64,000 nucleotides of DNA, taken from the IMG/VR virus record IMGVR_UViG_3300009320_000011, positions 1 to 64,000 of that record, one strand, 5' to 3'. The notes under the pieces were generated by a model. That model was not told the origin of the DNA, did no database searches, and worked only from the letters and a program-made list of their open reading frames with translations. Shown here in pieces: positions 20,154 to 30,500 of the stretch (the first letter of the stretch is position 1; each line of letters starts with the position of its first letter). The stretch comes from a virus. The translations under genes and the position numbers were made by a program.

Positions 20154-20371
20154 CCGAAATCAAACAAAAAATTAGAGACATGATTGCGGAGGAAATCAAA
20201 AATTTCAAATCAATCAAAGAAGCAACCACTGAAAAAGTGGATGGAATTCTTGTCGTAACAAATTCAAACGGATCAGTTGAACTGCATTTACCACAAGGTA
20301 TGAAAGGCGTAGAGCTTAAGAAATGGTTAGCAAAACATCCAGACATAGATAAGAAGTGGTCTAAGAAATAG
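20150..20371 (+). CDS. Leader-bearing small protein (MTEIKQKIRDMIAEEIKNFKSIKE)
   Basis: 73 aa ORF, AGGAG upstream. Confidence 0.65.
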   Translation: MTEIKQKIRDMIAEEIKNFKSIKEATTEKVDGILVVTNSNGSVELHLPQGMKGVELKKWLAKHPDIDKKWSKK

Positions 20372-21827
20372 TCAATAAGAATTTATAGTTACCACAATCC
20401 CAGAATCTCTTATATCCATTATTATACATATTAGCGACTTCAGTTAGGAGAGGATCAAAATTCTCCAACCGGTCCTTTAATTTATGTTTCTGAAATACTT
20501 GTCGATTATATATATTTAAGGCATTCTTAAAATAATAGTAATTTGGTTTGGTAGCATTAATTAATTTGAATCCATTTTTGGTGTATAAATCACCGATACT
20601 AAAACATCTATCAGCATATGATAAGATGTTTTTTGGTGCGTAGTTTTTTATAAAATGGGATAACATTTTTGAGAATCCACCCGTAATAGTTGTGAACAAT
20701 TCAGATGAATATCTGGTTAGTTCCCAATCGTAGTTTTTATCAAATCTCGATTTATTAAAACAAATCATAGATACTAATATATCGTCATAATATAATCCAA
20801 TATTTATTGAGGTATTACAATTACCTTGCAGGTGAGTTCTATCTAAAAAATCTTTTTTATCTTTAGCGGATACTAGTTTGATGATACATTTTCTTGCATA
20901 TATTCTGGTATTCTTATTTAGTTTAGAAGATAATATAGACTTTACAATATCTTGTTTTAATATCCACTGGTGGGAGAATATATGTATTAACTGAATGCCC
21001 TTAAAAGCGCATTTTTTTGTTTTATTAATGTGGTATTTTTCATCTATAAATAGATTTGAATGCCAATATAATCCATCATGCTCTACTCCAATATTGTGAT
21101 CCGGAAGGAGTATATCTATTTCAAACCCATTTAATATTTTTCTATCATTTCGAATTATTGGAATATTAAAGTTGGATAAATATAATGCTATCTCATCTTC
21201 TGGTTTTGATTTATTTGAACTAGATGACTTAGAGCACATTCTACAATGTGGTATATATCCATCATCTAAACAAGCTTTTATTTTATAACCACATACGGCA
21301 CACTCAAAGTCATATTGCACTCTGGTTGAAACACCATTTTTTTCAAAGAAATCTTTATCAAATAATGGAGTGATATGTTTCCAGTTTAATACTTGATCAT
21401 ACTTTTTTAATCTTCTGGCCATAAAATTATTGTACCCACGACTGCCATATCTTTTTAATTTTGTTTCCATCATCTTTTTTGGGTTGCTGTAATTTAGATT
21501 ACCATATCGATCTAATTTTGTTTTATTTATCTTTGATATAATTTCATCAGAATGGAACGGAGAATCAACGCCATATCGCTCTATCATGGTCTGCTTGTAT
21601 TTATCTTTAACATCAGGATGGTTGGTATAATGCACGCCACCATACTTAGTATCTACTGTATTTTTCATTGAATTATTTTTTTTGTTTATTTCAATTGGTG
21701 ATGTGTTCGAACATTTTTTACTACAATATAATTTTGGTCTTTTTTTATTGATTTCAAATGTGTTACTGCAATCTGGATGACTACATAATCTAATTTCATA
21801 CAAATCATTGTTCTTTTTTCTTGGCAT
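20361..21827 (-). mobile_element. Free-standing homing endonuclease, same family as 7071-8846
   Basis: EIDILLP..IGVEHDGLYWHS, IYARKC, FWDCG; only convincing minus-strand gene in the window; ATG at 21827. Confidence 0.75.
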
Positions 21828-21948
21828 AATAATTTTGTTTTGGTTTGAATACAACTATAATTATATCTTTTTTATTAAATAAATACAAGAAATAAAAAAA
21901 AGTTATATTTATACTAAACAAAGTACAACAACAAAAAAGGAGAATAAA

Positions 21949-22437
21949 ATGCCAGACTTGTTAGATCCACAAGAAATAATGTTCACAAGTTTTGAACCGA
22001 AAGTAGCTAATAGGTTCATTATGTACGTAGATGGAATACCAGCATATTTAATTAACGCAGCAGGCACGCCGAATCCATCATTTGGTGAAATTACACTTGA
22101 ACATATAAACGTAAAACGCAAATTAAAAGGAAAAGCTGTTTGGGCTGATATCACGATATCATTATACGATCCAATTGTACCATCAGCTGCTCAAGCGGTA
22201 ATGGAGTGGATTCGTCTATCTCATGAAGCAGTAACTGGCCGCGACGGCTACTCAGATTTCTATAAAAAGGATTTGACATTTAATGCACTTGGACCAGTGG
22301 GCGATAAAGTTGGTCAGTGGACATTAAAAGGAGCTTGGATCAAAGATGCTAAATTCGGTGATTACGATTGGGCAACTGAAGATGCTATAAAAGTTGAGGT
22401 ATCAATAGCATATGACTACGCAATATTAGATTACTGA
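21949..22437 (+). CDS. gp19: Tail tube protein (gp19-like)
   Basis: FEPKVANRF, WADITISLYDP, YKKDLTF..LGPVGDKVGQWTLKGAW, YDYA. Confidence 0.9.
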   Translation: MPDLLDPQEIMFTSFEPKVANRFIMYVDGIPAYLINAAGTPNPSFGEITLEHINVKRKLKGKAVWADITISLYDPIVPSAAQAVMEWIRLSHEAVTGRDGYSDFYKKDLTFNALGPVGDKVGQWTLKGAWIKDAKFGDYDWATEDAIKVEVSIAYDYAILDY

Positions 22438-22525
22438 TTTTTTAACAATTAAATCTAAGAAAACATAATCAAAACTCATTCTAAAACTTCTTTTTCGTAT
22501 ACTTATATGAAAGAGGAGTTTTTTT

Positions 22526-23403
22526 ATGCAACAATTTCAATGTAAAATATGTAATAAAGAATTTGAATCATATGATTCTTTACGTCGTCATTCGGGAAAT
22601 GTTCACAAAATTAAGTCTGAACAATTTAATGTCGACTTTTACCACAACGGAATCCATCCGACTTGCAAATGTGGTTGTGGAGAAGAAACAAATTTCAATG
22701 GTCGCGGCTTTAAAGATTATAAGCGGGGACACATAGCCAGAATCCATAACAACTGGGGACATAACCAGAAAGCAATAGATAATTCATCTAATACAAGACG
22801 CGAACAATTCAAATCTGGCGAACGAATCCAATGGAATAAAGGAAAATCATGGGACGAAACATTCAGTAAAGAAGTACAAGAAAAATTGTTGAATGATCTA
22901 AGAGATCCAGTTCGATGCAAAAAAATATCAAAATCACACACCGGCAAAAAACATTCAGAAGAACATAATAAGAATAATGCCGCTTCAGTTAAAAAAGCTT
23001 GGGAAAATCCAGAGTTGAGAGAAAAACAGAGATTCAATAGGATCGAATATTTTACAAAACATAGAAAAATAGCAAAACAAAATTAGAAGAAGTGTTTTGT
23101 AAAATATTAGATGACATGGGAATAGATTATTATTTTCAATATGCAGTTGATGGATATTTATATGATTTTAGGATTAAGAATCAAAATATATTGATCGAGG
23201 TTGATGGTGATTGGTACCATTGTAATCCAGAAAGAGGAATTATACCGGAATATGCTATTCAGAAACATACAGTGGAACATGATTTGGTAAAAGATAAAGC
23301 AGCTAAAGATAATGGTTATACCCTACTTCGTTTCTGGGAAAATGACATAAACAACAATCGAAAAAATGTTATAAAAGAGCTAATTAAAAACATTTATTTT
23401 TGA
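22526..23403 (+). mobile_element. Homing endonuclease (Zn finger/NUMOD3 + DUF559/Vsr-like), frameshifted near 23065-23070
   Basis: CKCGCG, HTGKKHSEE in ORF 1; YDFRI..ILIEVDGDWYH, LLRFWE in ORF 2; one extra A joins them. Confidence 0.7.
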
Positions 23404-23427
23404 TATTTATACTAAAGTGGAGCATGT

Positions 23428-23688
23428 ATGAAAAAATCAGAATTTCGAAAATTGATCAGAGAAGAAGTCAAATCAATACTTAAAGAGGGAGCTGACTGGA
23501 TTGTATTAGATTCTATACATTCTTTAATTGATAGTTATACTCTAGCAATATATCCAATGGTTAATGGTAAAATCAATATACACGTTGAAGTTGAGCCAGG
23601 AACTAAAGATTATAATATGTTGATCAAGAAATTAGATTCCAAAGATCGTAAAATATACACATCAGTTAAAAAAGAGGCAGGAAAATAA
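23428..23688 (+). CDS. Leader-bearing small protein (MKKSEFRKLIREEVKSILKE)
   Basis: First gene of leader array 2. Confidence 0.7.
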   Translation: MKKSEFRKLIREEVKSILKEGADWIVLDSIHSLIDSYTLAIYPMVNGKINIHVEVEPGTKDYNMLIKKLDSKDRKIYTSVKKEAGK

Positions 23689-23689
23689 A

Positions 23690-23953
23690 ATGAAAATATC
23701 AGAACTAAGACAAATGATAAGAGAAGAATTAAAATTATTTGAAGCATCACAAGCAACATGGGAAGTCATATTTGATGATTTGAATTTAAGTGGATTTGAT
23801 TTTCCACGTGGAGTAGAATTGCGTAGAAAAAATAAATATAAAGTTAAAGCTAGAGGAACTGATGAAGCAATTAGAAAAGCAGCCAAAGAAGCTGGTGTAA
23901 AAGGCAATGGTTGGATGGCAGTTGATGTATATTCTGTGAAAAAAATGGGTTAA
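23690..23953 (+). CDS. Leader-bearing small protein (MKISELRQMIREELKLFE)
   Basis: 87 aa ORF. Confidence 0.7.
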   Translation: MKISELRQMIREELKLFEASQATWEVIFDDLNLSGFDFPRGVELRRKNKYKVKARGTDEAIRKAAKEAGVKGNGWMAVDVYSVKKMG

Positions 23954-23958
23954 AAATT

Positions 23959-24477
23959 GTGAAAAAATATACCATATATCGTGGATGGCATTATGCATTT
24001 TTTCTAATCGGAAGATTATTCGGATGGCACTATAATAAGAAAAAATTCAAAATTACATTTAAGGTAGACCAAGATGGGTATTGGGAACCACCTCGTAATT
24101 ATGATGATTATGATCTAAATAAGGTATCAGGACTAACTTTTGGATTATTTGGCATTCATGAAAATAGCGTACGGCTAACATCTGTTCCAGATTTTGATAC
24201 TAAAAATATTTTGGATATATATGGATATACATATGATTCATCTATAAAAGAGCATACTGCTAAAATATTATGTAGTATAACATGTGGTATAGAACAAGTA
24301 GCAATAGTAGAATTACATGAGAAGCATTATTATTTTTTATTGAATGGTCGTGTATTAAAAATGAATAATAAAACACCAGACCCAAAACTCCAAAAAGAGA
24401 ATTATCCATTTCATGGTGGAAATAATACAGCACCAAATACATATAGAGTTTGGACAAAAGTAGAGGTAATAAAATGA
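23959..24477 (+). CDS. Hypothetical protein (no leader)
   Basis: 172 aa ORF, GTG start. Confidence 0.55.
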   Translation: MKKYTIYRGWHYAFFLIGRLFGWHYNKKKFKITFKVDQDGYWEPPRNYDDYDLNKVSGLTFGLFGIHENSVRLTSVPDFDTKNILDIYGYTYDSSIKEHTAKILCSITCGIEQVAIVELHEKHYYFLLNGRVLKMNNKTPDPKLQKENYPFHGGNNTAPNTYRVWTKVEVIK

Positions 24478-24986
24478 AAATATCAGAACTAAGACAAATA
24501 ATACGAGAAGAAATCAATCTTCAGTTAAATGAGAAAAATATAAAAACCCAAAAGTGGAATAAAGTACAGAGTTGGGAGACCACACCAAAAGGTGTTCCAC
24601 CAAAATATGAAGCCGACCAGATATTATTTAAAATTGAAGATGATAAAGGAAAAATAAAAGAATCATTAATAAGAGAAGCTAGTCTTGATGGCGAAATCCA
24701 GAAAATGCTTAGAACATTAGCAAAAATTAAAGCCGATCCAAATAGGGAAGAATATGTAATAGATGTTGGTGAGTGGACAAGACACCCAGCAAATTTAATG
24801 GTTACTCTGAATTACAGAGATAAAAAAATGAATAATAAAATGAAATTTCAACCATTACTTGCGTTTCCAAAAAAATTAGATATATATAAGGTTGTTAGAA
24901 AAACACTAACAAAATTAGAGAAGGCGGGTTATTCTATTAATATAGGTGGCGGTGAAAAAAATCTTATAAAATATACATTAAAATAA
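24474..24986 (+). CDS. Leader-bearing protein (MKISELRQIIREEINLQLNE; internal IKE-SLIRE-A)
   Basis: ATG at 24474 after GAGG. Confidence 0.7.
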   Translation: MKISELRQIIREEINLQLNEKNIKTQKWNKVQSWETTPKGVPPKYEADQILFKIEDDKGKIKESLIREASLDGEIQKMLRTLAKIKADPNREEYVIDVGEWTRHPANLMVTLNYRDKKMNNKMKFQPLLAFPKKLDIYKVVRKTLTKLEKAGYSINIGGGEKNLIKYTLK

Positions 24987-24997
24987 GGAGAAACAAA

Positions 24998-25153
24998 ATG
25001 AAAAAATATATTATACCAGCATGCATTTATGCAGCAATAATAGGATTACTAATATTTACAATTGTTGAAAAGGCGTGGGTTGGAACTGGAATATTTAGTG
25101 CAGCATTACTAGGATTCTCAGGATTTTTATTTTACAAATCAAAACAGAAGTAA
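24998..25153 (+). CDS. Small two-TM membrane protein (51 aa)
   Basis: AAGGAG upstream; MKKYIIPACIYAAIIGLLIFTIVEKAWVGTGIFSAALLGFSGFLFYKSKQK. Confidence 0.65.
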   Translation: MKKYIIPACIYAAIIGLLIFTIVEKAWVGTGIFSAALLGFSGFLFYKSKQK

Positions 25154-25156
25154 AAA

Positions 25157-25456
25157 ATGGAATTAAGTAAAATAGCTAGAGAATTAATTAAAGAGGATGC
25201 ATCTACTCTAATAGATTTGAAAAAAATAGCAAAATTAATACAAGCAAAAACCAATGGTAAACTAAAATATATATCAAATTTACGTAATTCTGTTAAAGTA
25301 TCAATAATGGGAAACGATGATATATTAGAAAAAGTATCTAGGAAAGGTGTGTATAGAATAAAAAAATTGGGATTTGTAGATACGCCAAAATATTTGATAG
25401 ATTTGGTAAAAGATTATAGTCCTCCAAAAGGCGGAACTCAATCTTCACAATTTTGA
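25157..25456 (+). CDS. Leader-like small protein (MELSKIARELIKE)
   Basis: 99 aa ORF. Confidence 0.6.
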   Translation: MELSKIARELIKEDASTLIDLKKIAKLIQAKTNGKLKYISNLRNSVKVSIMGNDDILEKVSRKGVYRIKKLGFVDTPKYLIDLVKDYSPPKGGTQSSQF

Positions 25457-25474
25457 AAAGTAGAGGAAAATGAT

Positions 25475-25996
25475 ATGAAACTAAAAAATCTAATTATAGA
25501 AGCATTACCATCCAGCATAACAGATAAGTATTCTCTGCATGATTGGAGACATTATTTAAGACAACTGGGACTAAAGCCATGGCATATTAAAATAACACAA
25601 AATGGGTTTGAAGCTAGTTTAAGTTCTGCTAGTAAAAATAAACCAAACTTAAGTGATTTTACACAAGTAAAAGGTAGTTGGGTTAGACTATCTTTTAAGG
25701 ATGTACATAATAAAAAAATAACAAAATCATTATATGCTCTATTTCAACCCATAAAAGAAGAAACCGGTCTAACTAAAATATTTGATAAAACTGTATCTGA
25801 ATATAAGGAACTTCTTGTAAAACAAGAGAAGATAAAAAAGGAATATTTATCAAAATCACCAGAAGAAAAAGCAAAAGCTAAAGATGCTTACATAAGATCA
25901 ATTAAAAAAATCAATAATGATATTAAAAAAGCTGAAGTTAAATTAAATAGCGCGATAATAAATTTAAGAGTTCCGGCGGAGGATGAATTATTATGA
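25475..25996 (+). CDS. Leader-bearing protein (MKLKNLIIE)
   Basis: 173 aa ORF. Confidence 0.65.
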   Translation: MKLKNLIIEALPSSITDKYSLHDWRHYLRQLGLKPWHIKITQNGFEASLSSASKNKPNLSDFTQVKGSWVRLSFKDVHNKKITKSLYALFQPIKEETGLTKIFDKTVSEYKELLVKQEKIKKEYLSKSPEEKAKAKDAYIRSIKKINNDIKKAEVKLNSAIINLRVPAEDELL

Positions 25997-26295
25997 AATT
26001 AAAAAATTTACTTAAAGAAGAAAAACTGGCTGAAGCAACTCAAAAGGCATTTGGAGGCATAAAATTCAATGTTAGATTTTATCCAAAAGATAATATTATT
26101 AATTTTACACAAGTAAATTCAAGAGATAACCCAGATGAAAGTAAAATAAAATCTGAAATATCAACGTATCTAAATAAAAAATTAAATTTGAAAATTAATG
26201 CCCCCAGATATCCAATAAAATCACCAATATCAGGAATCAATTTCAAATTATATGACAATGACATCGAAGAACTAATACTTCGACAATTAAAATAA
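25993..26295 (+). CDS. Leader-bearing protein (MKLKNLLKE)
   Basis: 100 aa ORF. Confidence 0.65.
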   Translation: MKLKNLLKEEKLAEATQKAFGGIKFNVRFYPKDNIINFTQVNSRDNPDESKIKSEISTYLNKKLNLKINAPRYPIKSPISGINFKLYDNDIEELILRQLK

Positions 26296-26322
26296 ATGTT
26301 ACATTAAAAAGGAGTTACAAAA

Positions 26323-27141
26323 ATGACAAAAGTTACAGATCAAGAATTAAAAAAAATGGCCCTAGAAGGGCACACTAAAAAATCAAATTTTCCTACTGAA
26401 GTAATTGATTTACCAAGCAAGGGCTTGTTATATCCAGAAAATCATCCATTACGAGAAGGCAGAATCGAAATCAGATATATGACTGCAAAAGATGAAGATA
26501 TTCTAACAACTCAATCCCTAATTAAGAAGATGATTGTTATTGATAAACTATTGGAATCAGTTATAGTCACACCAGTTAACATGAATGATTTGCTTATTGG
26601 TGATAAAAATGCTATTATGATAGCAACTCGTATATTGGGATATGGTGCTAAATATAACGCGACAATATTATGTCCCAATTGTGGTTTCAAAAATAAAAAA
26701 ATTGTAGACCTAAATTCACTAGAACATAAACCAATTGATGAATCACTATATAAGAGCGGCAATGAATTTTCATTTGAATTACCACAATCAAAGGTAAAAA
26801 TTAAATTCAAATTATTAACACATCTTGATAATAAGCTGATTGACCGTGAGATTGAAAAAACAAAAATCAACTTGAAGAAATCTGGTGTCGAAGGAATTGA
26901 TTCTAGTCTAACAACCAGACTATCTAGTTCAATTACATTAGTTGATGGCAATGATGATCCAAAACACATTAAAGAATTCGTTGATACCATGTTATCAAGC
27001 GACTCAAGAGCGTTGAGATCATATATTTCAGAAGTATCACCTGACGTTGATATGGATATACCATTTGATTGCGACGATTGTGGTAACGAGGATATGGTTC
27101 GGTTAGTACCAGACGTTGAATTTTTTTGGCCTGGGGTCTGA
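26323..27141 (+). CDS. Baseplate hub / tail assembly chaperone (T4 gp26-like)
   Basis: LPSKGLLY, MTAKDEDIL, two CxxC pairs, C-terminal FFWP. Confidence 0.75.
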   Translation: MTKVTDQELKKMALEGHTKKSNFPTEVIDLPSKGLLYPENHPLREGRIEIRYMTAKDEDILTTQSLIKKMIVIDKLLESVIVTPVNMNDLLIGDKNAIMIATRILGYGAKYNATILCPNCGFKNKKIVDLNSLEHKPIDESLYKSGNEFSFELPQSKVKIKFKLLTHLDNKLIDREIEKTKINLKKSGVEGIDSSLTTRLSSSITLVDGNDDPKHIKEFVDTMLSSDSRALRSYISEVSPDVDMDIPFDCDDCGNEDMVRLVPDVEFFWPGV

Positions 27142-27358
27142 ATATAGGCCCGTTCTACATTCCGAGATATTCGACTTGGTTTTCCATTCAAAGGGCGGAT
27201 TCGACTGGGCATCAGTATATTTTGACATGCCCATCTATTTACGACACTTTTATATCAAAAAATTAGATGAGTACAATAAAAAACGGAACAAGGAAATTGA
27301 AGATGCAAATAAAGGTTCTAGCGGAAAATCAATTAGCAAACCTGGCATTCATCAATAA
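27116..27358 (+). CDS. Chaperone extension frame, likely reached by frameshift from 26323
   Basis: Overlaps the T7 run at 27121-27127 in the +1 frame; no RBS before the TTG. Confidence 0.6.
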   Translation: MNFFGLGSEYRPVLHSEIFDLVFHSKGGFDWASVYFDMPIYLRHFYIKKLDEYNKKRNKEIEDANKGSSGKSISKPGIHQ

Positions 27359-27399
27359 AAAAGTTAAAATTTTATATTTATATAAAATGGGAGCATAAT

Positions 27400-27588
27400 A
27401 TGAAAAAAAGGAGACTTACCGAAGGAATACTAACATCAGTATTTAAGGTGTTATTTAAGGGAAAAGTAGATGTTATAGAAAAAGCATTAAGAGACGACCC
27501 AATATTAAAACAACAAGTAAAAAAAATACACAAAAATTTAGATGAATTAACAAAATATGTTGAAGATAATTTTGGTGAAAATTATTAA
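27400..27588 (+). CDS. Small hypothetical protein (MKKRRLTE)
   Basis: GGAG upstream; TAATG-coupled to the TMP gene. Confidence 0.6.
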   Translation: MKKRRLTEGILTSVFKVLFKGKVDVIEKALRDDPILKQQVKKIHKNLDELTKYVEDNFGENY

Positions 27589-30500
27589 TGGGAAATAATG
27601 ATAATCTAATAAAACAACAGATTCAAAAATTAAGTTTACAAGAGAAAGAGCTTAAAAGCAAGAGGAGTGCTCTGCAATTGGAAAAACAGACAGAATCTGT
27701 CAAAAAGAAAATATTAAAGTTAGATAAAGAAATTCAAGATGTTAAACAAAAAACAAATGAAATTCAAGAAAAATTTAATACTTCTGAAGCCGAGATTAAT
27801 CAATCTGAAGCCGAGATTAATCAAATATTATCACAAAATAGAGATAAAATAAAAGATATACTTAATTTGTCTAACGACTTGAGTGCTGATTTATCTAAAC
27901 AACTTGGGGTTAAACAATTAATCAATATTGTAGATCGGGTACAAACTGATAATGCTAGAAGAATCAATCAGGATAAGGCTAAGGAATATAATATAAGATT
28001 GCAAATAAATGATATAGGTGATGAAATATTAAATAATGAAAAAGAAATATTATCCGGCAATTCAGATGGGTTGGATATTTCTCAACAATTATTAGATGTC
28101 GAGTATATTAGGCGAGATATACTAGAATCATCTAAGGATCTGAGTGATGAGCAACAAAAAAAATTATTAAAAGAATTAAATGTAAGAGAGAAATTACTAG
28201 AGACTCAACAAGAAATAATTATACATGAAAAACGCAGGAATGAATTAATAGACGAGGGAGTGGGCAAGATAGAATCAGCATTTGAATCTATTGAGTCTGG
28301 TTTGAAATCTATTCCTGGCGGAGGTATGCTCTCTAAAGTTCTTGGAATAGAAACATTTGGAAAAGATTTTACCAAAACAATTAAGGATAATTTAGTAGCC
28401 GGAAGATCGGCATTTGAAGGACTTGGATCAACTGTGTCATCATCATTCAAGGTGATTGGAAGCGCACTTACATCAACACTTGGATCTGTATTGGGATTAG
28501 TTGCGATTTTTGCAATATTGTATAGTGTATTATCTGGAATCACAGAACAAGTAATGGAAACTTCCAAAGAGTTGGGAATATCTACTGGTCAAGCTAAGAA
28601 ACTGGTCGATAATTCAAAGGAATGGGTCGGGCGTCTGGGACATGGATTAGCGACATCAGAGGAAATATTAAAAGCTCAAGGCGCTATTGTTAAAGAATAT
28701 GGATCAACTAATAATATATCAGAAGAACTAACTGATAACATACTAACAATGGAACATGCATTCGGCGTCGCGGGGGAAACTACAGCCAAAGTATCAAAAT
28801 CATTGGAAGGAATGGGGCTTAGCAAGGAATCAATTGCAACATCTAATATATTAGCCGGAAATTTAGCGGAAGCAGCTGGTGTACCAATCGATGCTGTTAT
28901 GGAGGATGTTGCAAATAGTTCCGAAATGATACACAAGTTTTTACCAAAAATGGGTCCAGAAATATATAAGGCAGCAGTTGAAGCAAAACGTCTTGGTCTA
29001 ACATTGAGTGAAATTGGTAAAGTTGGTGAACAATTACTAGACGTACAATCAAATCTTGAAAAGGAAATGACAGCTCAAGTAATGTTGGGTAAACAAATCG
29101 ATTTTGATAAATCAAGACAATTATTTGCAAATAAAGAACCACTGAAAGCAATTGAAGTTTTAATGAAAGGTATTGGCGACATAAATGATCTTAATTATTA
29201 TAAACAACAAGCAATCACAGAAGCAACTGGATTGACTGTTGATCAAATCGCTGAATATCAAAGAAAACAAAAAGAGATTAATGAATTAAAAATAAAAGAT
29301 CCAATCGCACACCAAGCATATAAGAAAGCTATAAAGGATTTGGAAGATCTAAACAAATTGAAGAAACAATCAGTTGAAGAAGAAGCAGCATCAAATCTCG
29401 AAGCCAGGAGAATGGCTATTTTGTGGGATGAAATAAAGCAATCGTTGATAAAAGCATTGGCGCCAATAGCTGAAAGACTGCTCCCAATATTGAAGGCTAT
29501 AGCTTGGGTACTTAGCGGTATAGCAGAACAAGGTTGGATAATCCAGGGAATATTTATTACATTGGGAACAATATGGGCTGGAAAACTTCTATTAGGAACA
29601 ATAACTAAATTGAAAAAATTGGGAAGTTTAGCGAAAACAGTTTTTACTAAAATGATTTCGCAAAGAGCGGCAGCAACAGGAGGATCTGGTGGTTATAGTT
29701 CTTTATTTAATAAACAAGCAACACCGAAAACACCCACCGCAGGTACTGGTGGCAAACCATCCAAAATGATGCAAGGTTTATCAAAAATTGACTGGAAAAA
29801 AATGTTAGCCGGAGCAGCCGCGATGTTGATAGTAGCGGCAGCAGTTTGGGTAATGGCTAAAGCGATGCAAGAATTTAGTACCGGCGTTAAATGGTCGGGA
29901 GTAGCGAAGGGGTTAGTTTCTCTAGGAGCACTAGCAATTGTTGTTGCTGCATTAAGTTTTATATCTCAAAATATTATTCTTGGTGCTGTCGCCATGGTGA
30001 TAATGGCCGGTGGATTGTGGGTATTAGCAAAAGCAATGCAAGAATTTAGTACTGGCGTTGAATGGGATGGTATATGGAAAGGATTGACCGCGCTGGGCGC
30101 CTTTGCAATAGTTACAGCGGCCATGGCATTCGTGGCACCATTAATTTTAATTGGTGCAGCTGCTATAATAGTTATGTCTGCTGGGCTTTGGGTTTTTGCT
30201 ATAGCGTTACAAGCAATTGCTAGTGTTGATACTGATTCCATCTTTAATGGGCTCAAATCATTAGCCGATATAGGACCAGGGTTATTATTGGCGGCAATAG
30301 GCATCGGAGCTATATCTCTGGCAATGGCCGCGTTTGCTGGAGGATCTATATTGGGATTAATTGGGTCTGTATTTAGTGAAATTGGTATAGTTCGCACATT
30401 AACAAAACTAAGCAATTTGGCACCAGGATTAAATAGTGTCGCTGAATCATTAAACTCAATAAAAGCATCAATGGATAGTTTGGATGGAACCAAAGCCGAC

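Noticed and set aside
23060-23092. Programmed frameshift in the endonuclease (and at 19331)
   Set aside because: Single-base loss in an A-run of a dispensable gene; decay or sequencing error is simpler
27783-27824. 21-bp tandem duplication in TMP (SEAEINQ x2)
   Set aside because: Ordinary heptad-length slippage in a coiled coil
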